Shown piece by piece: positions 49,955 to 62,240 of a stretch of 64,000 nucleotides of DNA (position 1 is its first letter; each line of letters starts with the position of its first letter). Below the pieces are notes generated by a model, which was not told the DNA's origin, did no database searches, and saw only the letters and a program-made list of their open reading frames with translations. Source of the DNA: the human T2T-CHM13v2.0 reference genome, Homo sapiens; the NCBI RefSeq assembly GCF_009914755.1, contig NC_060930.1. One strand, given 5' to 3'. The position numbers and the translations under genes were made by a program.

Positions 49955-50281
<327 letters not shown>

Positions 50282-50845
50282 TCATTGGAAAGCTCACACA
50301 ACTCTCTACGTATCTAAATCACAGCCACTTTATATATATCACAGTATAATAAAAAAATTGCCTCCAAAATTCAATATTCTTCAATAAGTCAATAGTCACT
50401 AGTGAAAGTGGGTACATCAATTAGCCCCTTTCCTACTTTTTTCATCCTAACTCTAACATATTTTTCAGGTTCGGAATTCGTTTCAGGGTTTTATATCAAA
50501 GAGCCAATAGCTGCGTGAATTCAAATGCCAGCAATTTGAATCTGAATCCATCCCCATACCCAAACATCAATCTCTGAGGCATGTAGCACCCTTTGAATAG
50601 TCAGGTCAGCCCAGACAGGCCTGAATCCTCCTGGGGAATGGTGTTTGCTAGTAGCAAGGCATCTGTCTATGTGCTTGATCATACAGTATGCTCAAATTTA
50701 TCACTATGAGGGATTAAATTGCTCTTCTTTCCAAATAGCACATATTTCAGATATTTTGTGAACTCCATCAAGAATTTTCCAATTTGGTTTTATCCTGAAG
50801 GAGATTTACCATTTATAAGAAGTTCAGAGCTTGAACCTTGAAGAC

Positions 50846-51259
50846 TGTATTAGTCTTCTCCAGCTGCCATAATGAAATACCACAGACAGGCAGGCCTAAA
50901 CAACAGAAATTTATTTCTCACAGATCTAGAGGCTGGGCAGTCCAAGATCAAGGTATTGATAAGGCAGATTTCATTCTGAGGCCTCTTCTCTTGGTTTTCA
51001 GGCTGCCTTCAGCTCACTGTGTGCTCATGTGACCTCTCCTTTGTGCTTCTACAAGTTGGGGGAGGGGGGGAGAGAGAGAGAGAGCAAGCTCTCTGGTGTC
51101 CCTTCTTATAAGGGCACTAAACCTGCCAGATCAGGGCCCCACTCTTATGACCTCATTTAACAATAATTACTTACTTATAGGCCCTATCTCCAATACAGCC
51201 ACATGGGAAGTTGGGGCTTCAAAATATAAAGTGGGGGGAACACAATTCAGTCCCTAGCA
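50846..51259 (-). mobile_element. MLT1A-like solo LTR
   Basis: TGTATTAGTC...CAATTCAGTCCCTAGCA with perfect 5-bp TSD AAGAC. Confidence 0.88.
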
Positions 51260-51946
51260 AAGACATTGTTTCATACTGGAAGCCGAGAGGTTCTGGGAAA
51301 TGAAGGGAAGGATGAAATACAACGTTCATCACACAACTCCATCTGTATTTTACCATCCTTCCCAGGTTTGAGTTATCTCTTTCTTTATTTTCCATCTTGT
51401 TTTTCCTAATGTTCTTTGTTCTATGCTGACAAATAGGAAACCCTGGGCCAGAGCTTTGGTTAAGAAGGATATAAAGGACTCAGGGCAGGCTCAGAGTTCA
51501 AGAGATTCAAGACCATGCAGATTTTAAGGTAAGTTTCAGCTTGGAAGAGGATCCTTCAGTGGCAGTAAGATTTACTTTAAGTTTCTTTACATTTATAACA
51601 CACAATGAAGAGAAATCCTCAACATGAACCATTTTCTAAATGTTTTTCTTAGAAAACACAAAACTTCTAACAGGATTTATCATTCAGAAAATATAATGAA
51701 GAACTGAAATACAAAGAATTTTCACACTAGGTTATTAATTTCTAAATTATTATTCCTTGTTAAGTTATTATGCCTAGACTTTAAAATTATAATAAAAATA
51801 AATAAAAACCTTCTTAAGAATAAAAGTCTCTGGTAAATGAATGGCAAAACTCTGGTTTATCTATGATAATATTGATAATACAACAAGTTTGAGATTCAAC
51901 TGAGTTCTAATGTGATTATAATCCTGAAAATCATATAGCAATATAT

Positions 51947-51948
<2 letters not shown>

Positions 51949-51990
<42 letters not shown>
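51949..51990. repeat. (GT)21 microsatellite
   Basis: Pure dinucleotide run seen directly. Confidence 0.97.
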
Positions 51991-51993
<3 letters not shown>

Positions 51994-53989
51994 CATGCCT
52001 TTTTGCTTTTGCAATTCTTTAAGGGAACAGAACCATACTCACTATTGTGCATATAGTACCTAGCATAGCCACTGACATGAGATGGGAAGTTCATAAGTAT
52101 TATATTAATTAGTTAATCAACCTTTATTGCATGTCTAGTGTGTGACCCAAACTACTTTGCACAGTGGTGAGTAAAATTATGAGACATTGCCCATTGTCTT
52201 CAAAGAGCTTACAGCTAAATAGGGGAGACAAGACCTCCTGCATAAAGCTATTAGAGATTCATTAGAGAATAAATATCTTGAGATAACAATGCAAGATGAT
52301 AAATATGTGGTTAGGTGTGAACAACTGCACTTAATAACAGAACCAGACAATGGTGTTACATTTCATAAACTGTAACATCAGAATAGTTCTCTTCCTCTTG
52401 TATCCAAAACAGAGGTGTCCATATTACAAGCTATTTGCAGGGTTAGGGCAATTCCAACCTTGAAGTAGACACGGCTGAGCCTCTACTCACACCCCAACAT
52501 GCTTCTTTGCTAACGATACCCAAAGTCTTGATTGAGACTAACAGGTGTGACAGTACTTATTTAGTTGCTGTCTGCCTTATCTATGAGGCTAAAATGCTTT
52601 CTGATATCTTTAATACTGACATAATAGCTAATAATATAAGCAAACTGAAAGACTATCCCATTGTCCTTGCATGGTATTGGGCAGAATTTAGTGAGCCATA
52701 CAGCCTGTCATCAAGATCTTTATACAAAAAGGCAAAAAGTTCTAAAAAGCAGATAATCCAGAAATAAATTACCTACTTTTCATGAGAAGTTTCATTTAAA
52801 AAAATTTAAAAAACACTTTTATTTGAAATCCGGTAAAATTGCAATTAAAGATAAAATAAAAACAGATTAGAGCATGGAGAATATAATTTGTATACTCAGA
52901 TGGATGAAATTGCTTTGTATCTAAAATAGTGTGCTGAAAACAAAGTTCCTTGAAGATTTCCTTTTGTTTAATCTAAACCAGTAGTTTTCCAAGTGTTCTA
53001 CAGAGAAGCTTCCAGAGTCACACAAATGTTTAATAGAAACATAATTTCTAAACATATTTAGACTATTTTAAAAACTAGAAAAACACACGATACAATATAC
53101 AGTATATTTTAACACACTGGAGAGACTGTGATGCTCATCTCGACTCCTAGGTTAACTTTTTTTAAGTGGATATTGGAATAAAGCTTCTTATGCCATCTCT
53201 ATGTATATTTTGAAACTCTTACAAATGTGGTATTCACTAGGAAGTTTATAACTTTATACTGTTCTTTTTAGGTGTATGCATATTCACTCTTGAAACAGTG
53301 GATGAATGAAGGGAGCACCACGGAGCACCTCAATGTTGTGCATGCAAAACAAATTATTCAAATCAATGGGCTGCTGAGACTTGACATTAGATAGTAACCA
53401 TTACTTGTAAAGTCATATTTCAAATTTTTATTTTCATTAAAACAGCTTCATTGCTTTTGTGTGGTTTGTAAGTTCTATAAATTTAAATTTATAAGATAAA
53501 TTTATACACATATTTTATCACTTCTCAAATAAATTGATATATACATTTTATTTATAAATCATATCCTTTACAAAATAAACTTATGCTAGTAAAATAAGCA
53601 GTAAGTTATTTTTCTTTAAAAAAGAACTTGCTTATAGTTGTTAATAGTCTAAAGTACCATAATATTTTAAAATATCATATATTATTAATTTGCCAAAAAC
53701 AAATCTTATTCTGGCTCCATTTTTGTTTTACTCTTCACTCATAAAAATTGCCCTATATGAGATCAGTATGGACCTCAACAAAATTAATCATTTTCGTTGG
53801 ATCACTATTCTCTCTGTTGAATATATTGTTCCCACCATCCCCTTCAATAATATCTTGGACTTCAGTGGCAATGTGTTTTCTAGTTTAATCCTATCTCTCT
53901 GATCATTTGTTTTCTTCACTAACATCTGGGGTATTTTTTCTCTGACCATTCATACATCAAATATTAATAGATGATATATGTGCCAGGAA

Positions 53990-54400
53990 TTTACTCCTGC
54001 ATTAATAAATGAATCTCTAAACCCACTTAATAGCATAAAACTACCATTTTATTTGACTTATGATTTGGAGCTAAGGTGTCCAAGAAGGGCTCAACGTGGT
54101 GATTCATCTTTAATCTTTGACATCAACTTGGATTCCTAGGGCAGCTGGGGAGCAACTTCTTAAAAGGTTTCTTCACTCACATGTATTGCACATAGGTACT
54201 CTTTGTGTGCATTCTCCCCCACCTCTCTCTCTCTCTCTCTCCCCAACACCTTTCCCCGTGCCTTGGACTTCTCATAGCATTGCGGTTTCAGGGTACTTGC
54301 AGTTCTTACATGGCAGCTGGCTTCCAAGAGACAGAAAGCAGTGGCTTTCAGACTGCTGAAGGGCCCGGCACAACATCATCTCCTTAACATGCTGTTGTTA
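53990..54400 (-). mobile_element. Old MLT1-like LTR fragment
   Basis: TAGCATAAAACTACCATTTTATTT...TTCTTACATGGCAGCTGGCTTCCAAGAG. Confidence 0.55.
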
Positions 54401-54733
54401 TTGTTGCCTCAGTGAGAGACTATGTGTCCACTTTTATTCCCCTGAATTAGAATAACTTCCTTCTCCCGCTCCAGTTCATGTCTCTCCCCATCTCTCTCTC
54501 TTCTTTTAGAAAATATCCTGTGACTTCTTTCCAGGTTAACTTCATATCTTTAATGTGCCCTTCCCCATCAGAACTTCAACACTATCTTTGTATATTATTA
54601 TGTGTAATGGACGTCTCTAGCTTTCTGACTGTTCCTCATTGAGCCCCTTACTATTAGTAACCCAATTTTATTTGAGAAATTGATAATTTTTCAGAAACCT
54701 TTGGAGATATTAGCCACCTCCTACAAAAGAAGC

Positions 54734-55145
54734 TGTATTATTCAGTGTTTTCCAGAGAAATAGAACCAATAGGATGTATGTATATAAAAGGAAATTTATT
54801 TTAAGAAAATGGCTCACTTGATCATAGAGGCTTAGAGTCCAAAATCTGCTGGAGTAGGCCTGCAAGCTAGAGTTTCAGGGACGAGTTGCAGTTCAAGCCC
54901 AAGGGCAGTCTTCTGACAAAAATCTCTTTTGCTCTGGGTAGGGGTCAGACTTTGTTCTGTGAAAGTCCTTCAACTGATGGGATGTGGCCCACCCACATTA
55001 TGGAGATTGTCTTTACTCAATATCCACTGATTTTCATGTTAATCTCATACAAAACACTCCTTCAGAGAAATATTCAGAATAATGTTTGTCCAAATATCTG
55101 GGAACCTTGGCCCAGACAAGTGAACACACAAAATTAACCATGACA
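54734..55145 (-). mobile_element. MLT2 (ERVL) solo LTR
   Basis: TGTATTA...CCAGAGAAATAGAACCAATAGGA...CAAAATTAACCATGACA with perfect TSD GAAGC. Confidence 0.88.
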
Positions 55146-55149
55146 GAAG

Positions 55150-55520
55150 CCAAAGAGACTTTTTCCTCACTTACTCAGCCACAGAATGGACACCTGATAC
55201 AAGTTCAGCAAATCGGGTGCTTGTTTCTTAGTTGTTGAATCTTAAGCAATTGATGTAATGGTATCAGGAAAACAAGAGGTCATATTCATCACAGCAGCAG
55301 TAGTAGCAGTGGTGTAGCTTCCATATTATACTTGGGGCATGAGTACTGATACAGTTTCTGTCACTGAGTCTTCAGTAGCTTCTTCAGTTGCATCTAGCTG
55401 GTCCTATAGCCTCCCATTGAGTCTGGAGCCTCTAGATATATTCCCAATAATATTCCTTGTATTTCTGGAGATAAGTAGAGTTGCTTTCTGCTGCTTGGAA
55501 CCAAGTTATGCTTAATGCTA
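55150..55520 (+). mobile_element. LTR16/LTR33-like ERVL LTR, probably the host of the MLT2
   Basis: CCCAATAATATTCC...GAGTTGCTTTCTGCTGCTTGGAACCAAG resembles the 3' end of this group. Confidence 0.45.
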
Positions 55521-56089
55521 TGTTATGCTAGTTATGTGCAAGAGTTGCACTGAGGATAGACAAGTTAATAAATGAGAAGTATATCGAAAATTCCTAATAC
55601 AGTAGGGTGATCAGTATATTATATAAATTTTTTTCTTCCTCCTACTTCTTTCCTTCTTCCTCTTTTTTCTCATCATTATTAATATCATTATAGGTATTAT
55701 TATTGAACTTTCTATATATGTTTTGAACAAGAAATATGGCTCCTGGCATGACACTCAGGACAATGTAGTCCCCAGCAGTGACCTATATATCTCACTCTAG
55801 TAAGAAATAAAGTATTGAGACTTTAAGGGACTTAGGTCATTAACACAATAAGCTATCCAGTTTAGTGGTGAACTCTTTAAACTATACTACATTTCACTAC
55901 ATACTTGAAATATTTTCGTTATCTACAGAAAAGAATCTTAGTAGCATGGAAATTGGAGATGAAAAAAATCCACGTTGATTTTTCAGGACTACAAATGAAA
56001 GTTTATTCAAATTAGAAGTTAGACAGAAAGTACCAGTTCCCCGACATTTCCAGCAATAAATCCCACAAAACACTACTAATGGACACAGC

Positions 56090-56275
56090 ATTTATTTGGG
56101 GAATGTTGAAAATGTTCTAGAATTAGATTGAACTGATGATTGTACATATACTACATACTATTTAATGAATATACTATATACTACTATATATAGTGATATA
56201 TTATGTACTAGTTAAATTGTATACTGTAAAAGCATGAATTTTTGGTAAGTGAATTATATCTCAATAAAAAGGATT
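56090..56275 (+). mobile_element. L1M 3' terminal fragment
   Basis: GAAAATGTTCTAGAATTAGAT...GTGAATTATATCTCAATAAA. Confidence 0.75.
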
Positions 56276-57056
56276 TTTAAAAAGCAATTAACCATGCTGT
56301 AAGTATCTTACATACTTACATGAATTACAAACTAGAGATTCAGATTGTGAGTCTCTATTTTTAAGAAATTCATTCTTTTATCCCACAGCTAGGACTCCTG
56401 TTTCTGGAGGAAATTTCATAATCACTGTTATTTATTTATTGGGCAGTTTCTAAACCTGTCAACTTTAAATGAAAACTTTTATATATTTACTTTAAATGAA
56501 AACTTTATCATTTCAATTTCAGGTAAAGTCTAGTTGTGGAATTCAGTCACTCCTAATGGACACATATTTTATCATATTTAGAGGTTTATCTGGCAGCTAC
56601 TTAGTAAAGTAGGGAGATGGATTGATTCCAACAATCCTTGAAGTTGTACAGTGGGCCAAAGCATCCAAATACAGAAATAAGTCAATGATCCCTTTCCATT
56701 TCTTCATCATAGCTGAAACTCTCAGCCATGCTTAGGAGTCATCACATCTAAACATGTTTAACACAGGGCATTCATTGTTCTTCTGTTCTATTCCCAGCGT
56801 GCAACTGGGGACAAATAAAGGGCACATGATGGAGATATTGTTGGCTACAAATTCCACATAAGGAACACACCATTTACATATTGTTTGCCTGTATTGCATT
56901 ACTTGTTAGAGAAACAGAGATAGAAATATTTCAGTCCTCAAACATATGTAAGAAGAAATATTTTACAATACTTCACCTGCTTCCATTCAAGGAGCCTGAT
57001 GTAGCTATGAAGACAGCTCTTTAATTGAGAATAAGTCTATAGTCTCTCTGCCTCAT

Positions 57057-57255
57057 AAGGAGAAGAAAGGAGAGGAGAAGGAGGAGGAGAGGGAGAAGGA
57101 AAAGAAGAAACAGTTTTTAAAACTGGCAATATACCAAGATTCATGCTCAGTATTCCACTGCATAAAATGAGAATGGGTCATTTTATCTTGTGAGAGTCTC
57201 TCTCTCTCTCTCTGTCTCTGTCTCTCTCTCTCTCTCCTTCTCTTCCCCCACCCCC
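57057..57255. repeat. GA-rich purine tract (57057-57110) and (CT)n tract (57198-57255)
   Basis: Seen directly in the sequence. Confidence 0.85.
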
Positions 57256-57560
57256 ATATAAGCAATCTACTTATCATTGTGCCCAGACTTGATTAGATTT
57301 ATAGTTTGTTTATCTGAGAGCTCAATGCTTTATTGCATCCAGAAGCCAAAATACGTGCACCTCCACAACCCGGCTGAATAAAACAAACTCATTTTGATCT
57401 TTGTGTACAAAGCCATCAGCACTGGTTCAAAGTGTAGCGCAGCCAGTTCTGGACGGCAGATGCAGAGTTGAGCTCTTCTCCCGGGCCCTTGGTTTCAATT
57501 AGGCCGTCTGCCAAGTGGCCCATGTGCCTCTGTGTGCTGAAACATTTCTTTGAGGCAGCT
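57255..57560. promoter_or_regulatory. Candidate enhancer or promoter
   Basis: Unique sequence with higher GC/CpG than background; HRE TACGTG at 57352, CTTTGT-GT-ACAAAG at 57399-57412, TTCAAAG, TGCCAA. Confidence 0.4.
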
Positions 57561-58680
57561 TTTTTAAATTAGGAAATAAAGACTTCCCATGTGATTTGCT
57601 ATATATACAACTTATGACAATTGATTTTTATAGTTAAAATACGTACATTTTTAACATATTTCTCTTTCTGCAAAATAGTGGCTTTCTAACAAGGGAAGAA
57701 AATTAGCTAAATGTAAATACTGCGTTTCATTTATTCTTCCTACTCTAAAATTTACTCAAATATACATTAAAATGATACTAAAGACCACTGGTTTTCCAAA
57801 ATAAATTACTTCTTTGTCTTAAAATAAGAAAAAAGACAGTGGAATACAAGTAAGTATTCTAACTTCTAGGAACTATAAATATGGAAGAAATAAATATGAG
57901 CAAAAAGGAAGCTATAGTTACTTGAGCTTGGCTAGTTCCTCAATCAGGATAGATGATGTTTTTCTTACTTTCGCTACCATTTGGGCCTTTTACCTCCTGA
58001 ACTTTCAAACACCACCTTGTGACCTGGCAATAGATATAACACATTCCAAAAGCCAACTTCCAATTTCTAGCTGATTCCTGGTAGAAGTGTGAGTAAATTT
58101 GCACAGCAAATATTTGTGCTTCACATCTCCAATAGACATATCTTATGTAAATATCATTCTCAGCACAGAGTGCCTGACTTGGCAAAAATCTAGACACTAT
58201 TGAAAGCACTTATCTACTTGTCCCAAACTATTGATAATAGCCCTTCTGTTTCTACTTAGACAATGAGGCAACCAAGTCCTCTGAGGCCAGGATGGACAGG
58301 AAACATTCCATAGGATGTCCAGACTGTGTAAAAACCAGAAAACCATTACTGCTTGTAGTCTTTTGCAACTATTCAGGTCAGCTTTGAAGAAGCTCCCATA
58401 TAGGCCTAGATCCCTCTCCTAAAGTAAATTCAAGGTCATTTCAACTCTAAAGACCTGAACCTACACATCACTCCATCACTTAGCAGATGTTAGTCACTAC
58501 CAGTGTGAAGCCAAATTGAAAATAACTGGCCACCAGCACTAGCAACTGAATGGTAACCAGCTGTCAGTGGTGGCTTTGAGCAGGCACTGTACAATGCTAG
58601 GCCACTCATACAACAAGGACACCTAAGTGTGGTAAAAACTGTTTTTCATTGAGAAGACATAATATTCAAATAGCTGTTTC

Positions 58681-59182
58681 TTTTTTTTTTTTAACTTTTA
58701 AGTTCAAGGATATAAGTGCATGTTTGTTATATAGGTAAACTTGCATCATAGTGGTTTGTTGTGCAGATTGTTTCATCACCCAGGTATTAAGCCTAGTACC
58801 CATGAGTTATTCTTCCTGATCCTCTCCCTCCTCCCCACCTCCAACCTCCAATAGGCCCCAGTGTGTGTTGTTCCCTTCTCTGTGTCCATGTGTTCTCATC
58901 ACTTAGCTCCCACTTATAAGTGAGAACATGTGGTATTTGGTTTTCTGTTCCTGTGTTGGTTCACTAAGATAATGGCCCCCAGCTCCAACCATGTCCTTGC
59001 AAAGGATATGATCCTGATCTTTTTTATGGCTGCATAGTATTATGTGTTGTATATGTACCACATTTTCTTTATCCAGTCTATCGATGATGGGCATTTTGGT
59101 TGATTCCATGTCTTTGCTATTGTGCTATTATAAACAGTGCTGCAATAAATATACACATACAGGTGTCTATAATAGAATGATT
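58681..59182 (-). mobile_element. 5'-truncated L1PA13-16-like 3' end
   Basis: CATCACCCAGGTATTAAGCCTAGTACCC and GCTCCCACTTATAAGTGAGAAC; degenerate TSD ATTCAAAT...TTCTT. Confidence 0.85.
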
Positions 59183-60136
59183 CAAATGGCCACTTCTTAA
59201 TACTCTCATAAGTCTGTGGCCTTATTCTATTGCTATAAGGGGAATAGTGTAAATCTATATAAAAAATCAGTTTTGGGTGGAAGAATTTCAATATAATAAG
59301 ACACCAACTACGAGTGAATCTCCACAGATTTGGGGCACAATCTCGAGTACTTTTCTCAGACTTTTTCTCAGGAATGTTTTCCAGTGAACTACATCTTGGG
59401 AGTAGGCATTTTGGGAAACTGGATAACCCCATTAAACACAGAAAGAATAAATTTACTAAATGGTGCTCAAGTAAACTGAAAAGATCAGTGCAAATATTAA
59501 GTGTGTTCTGCTTGTCCTCAAAAAGAATTTGACTTTTTATCTTGGGCATCAAAATACCATTCACACACACACACATACAAACATACACACTCATATCCAT
59601 GGAAGTGGAAGAACTGGTCTAGAAATTAAAGAATAATGGTAACTTATCTACCTATGGCCCTGTAAACATGGAAGACTCACTCACTTGTGTATCATGCTTC
59701 TGCAGGCATTAAAACTCAGCAGCTAACAAATTCTATGTCAAACACACGTCTCAGTCTTCTGGGATCAACCTGCTGCTCTTACTCTCACAAATCATATTCC
59801 TAGATTCTGGCCTCAAACCCATTAACACTTTAATTTTGGTGGCCTATTCAGAATCATCTCAGTGGCTGATGGTATATTGACTTTTCATTCAGCACTTAGC
59901 TTTGGTAACTTTTCTGATTTAGTGTGTACCACAGCCGTAGGTGAAAGTCCTTCCTTAAGCCATAGCCTGTAGAACCATGGTGGCTCCAGGTGAGCACGTA
60001 TATCATAGAGTAGGCTCTGGAAACATGTAAGCAAACAAACAAATTTTTAAAAGATAAAAGAAAATGTTTTTAAATTTTGACCCACTATTGCCTGTGTTGC
60101 GATGACATTGCTATAAAACTTGATCTTCGTAAACTC

Positions 60137-60429
60137 TTTTATTTTTTTGAGATGGAGTCTCGCTCTGTCACCCAGGCTGGAGTGCAGTGGCGCAATCTCA
60201 GCTCACGCAAGCTCCCCCTCCCGGGTTCACACCATTCTCCTACCTCAGCCTCCCAAGTAGCTGGGACTACAGGTGCCCACCACCAGCCCGGCTAATTTTT
60301 TTTGTATTTTTAGTAGAGATGGGGTTTCACCGTGTTAGCCAGGATGGTCTTGATCTCCTGACCTCGTGATCTGCCCACCTTGGCCTCCTAAAGTGCTGGG
60401 ATTACAGGTGTGAGCCAATTCGCCCGGCT
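60137..60429 (-). mobile_element. AluY
   Basis: CACCATTCTCC, CCGTGTTAGCCAGGATGG and ACCTCGTGATC; no clear TSD. Confidence 0.92.
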
Positions 60430-61994
60430 ATAATCTATATTATTAATCTTTCAAAGAAGATGTTCCTAGGTGGTTGTAGGTAATAGAATTCTACAAGCTC
60501 AATCACAGAAATCAAGTGTTGGCCAGTTTTTTCTGGTTCAGATCATTACTGAGCATAACCCAAAATCAAATGTAATTTGGAATCAGTTTTCACTGATACA
60601 TCAGTGAGAAAAATACTAGGTGCTATGAACCTGCAGAATGCTTCCCTTAAGCTATGGGGTTGTAAGTTGAGAAATGGAACCTGAAGTCCTCAGTACTTTC
60701 CTGAAACAGTCAAGTCTAAGTGAAGTATAAAAATAAGAACACCAGTTAAAGGAATGACTTTTTATCACCTGCTATTTCTTTGGCCCCAAATACCAACATA
60801 GAACCAGAATTTAGCTGGTGTCTTGGGCTGAACTACATGGAATTACATGTTGGACCATAGCCTAGAATCAGTGCTCCAGCTATTCACGTGCCTTTCTGCA
60901 ACTGCCAAGGTCATACCTCTGTCTCTTGGTATAGGAAATTTAATCCAAAGAACAGCAAACAAGCTTGCTCAGGACATAGCAGTTCACTATCAAGAAAGGT
61001 CACAAGCCTGTTTTCTAACAGCCACACTGGTAGAAGACAGATCTTCTAATAAAGAGGTGCCAAGCAGAGGACTTCCCCCTTGTGAAGTAAGTATCCATGT
61101 CCTGGATTCATCCATTCTTGCAGTCCACATCCTTTACTTGAAGTAGATTGGAAGTATCTTAAGCACCTGATCAAGGCCAATATTGAGGTACTGTTGGTGG
61201 TGTTAATGTTGGAGACAACTGAAGTTAGTTACGGGGACTTGTTTAGGTATAGAGACTGTCATTAATCTGGAAATGCTTGGCAACTGTAATAGCAGCAGGG
61301 AAGTCTCTGTCCTTTATAGACTACATTAGCCATAAAGGAATCCTCTACCTGATTCACAAGAATTTCTGGATCCCCTGAAAGTCTCTTCTGAGAGATCTTA
61401 AAGGAAGATAAGGAGCTTTAATATATTACCTAAGAATGGAAAGCAAAATGAGTCACCAAAGAAGTATGTGGATGCACAAAGGGAAAGTTAAGCTTTTACC
61501 TATAAAAATCTCTTTGTGTGGACAAGACAACATCAAAGCCCAATGAGACTTAGTCAGTTATTTTTCACTGTTGTGTGAAGAGAGCATTATGTTAAATAAT
61601 ATTAGCAAATACAAAATAAATATATAACTTGGCTGCAAAGGCTAAACAAACATGATATTACTAATAATGAATTTAAAGAACAACATGGTGGCAATTTGTA
61701 AACAAGAGTGAAATAATTAAAAATAACAACATCTTGACTATCCAGATATTTTAGAAAATTATCAATTAGTAGAATTTTCCATATAGGTGAGTTGGATCTC
61801 TTTCAGAATCCAAAAGTATTTCATTTTAATCATTATCTTTAAAAATACTTTTTGAATTATTTGTGTAATTCCTCGGATTTTTAAATAGAGTTCTCTCACA
61901 TGACGCAATCTTTTATTTTAATTTACTTTACCTAGAAACAACATAAAATTCTCCTTTATTCTCACCAATATAACATGACTACTTAAAAAAATTA

Positions 61995-62240
61995 ACAACA
62001 CACATAGTAATACTATGTGGCAGGCATTGTTCTTAGTATTTAATATATACATGATCTCATGTTAAAAAAAATCCTTACAACAGCCATTGGAAGAAAATAC
62101 TCTATCCTTGTTTGTCAGATGAGTAAACAGAAAGACATAGGTTTCATAATTTGCTCAAGGTAAGGCAACTAAAAAGCAGCAAACCTGGAAACGACACTCA
62201 GGAAATGTGGCTTCAAATCTGTGCACATGGCTGCTGTGCT
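61995..62240 (-). mobile_element. MIR
   Basis: TACTATGTGGCAGGCATTGTTCT...CAGATGAGTAAACAGAA...TTGCTCAAGGT. Confidence 0.7.

Noticed and set aside
59040-59600. Longest ORF in the window (186 aa, minus strand)
   Set aside because: It starts in a (CA)n repeat, ends in L1 ORF2 C-terminal sequence (IAKTWNQPKCPS), and has no recognisable domain.
60590-60607. Short hairpins (TCACTGAT-AC-ATCAGTGA here; also 52341-52370)
   Set aside because: Arms of 8-10 bp are expected by chance in 64 kb of AT-rich DNA.
61240-61310. Minus-strand VAKHF peptide reminiscent of Penelope GIY-YIG endonucleases
   Set aside because: A five-residue match with nearby stops and no other motifs is expected by chance.
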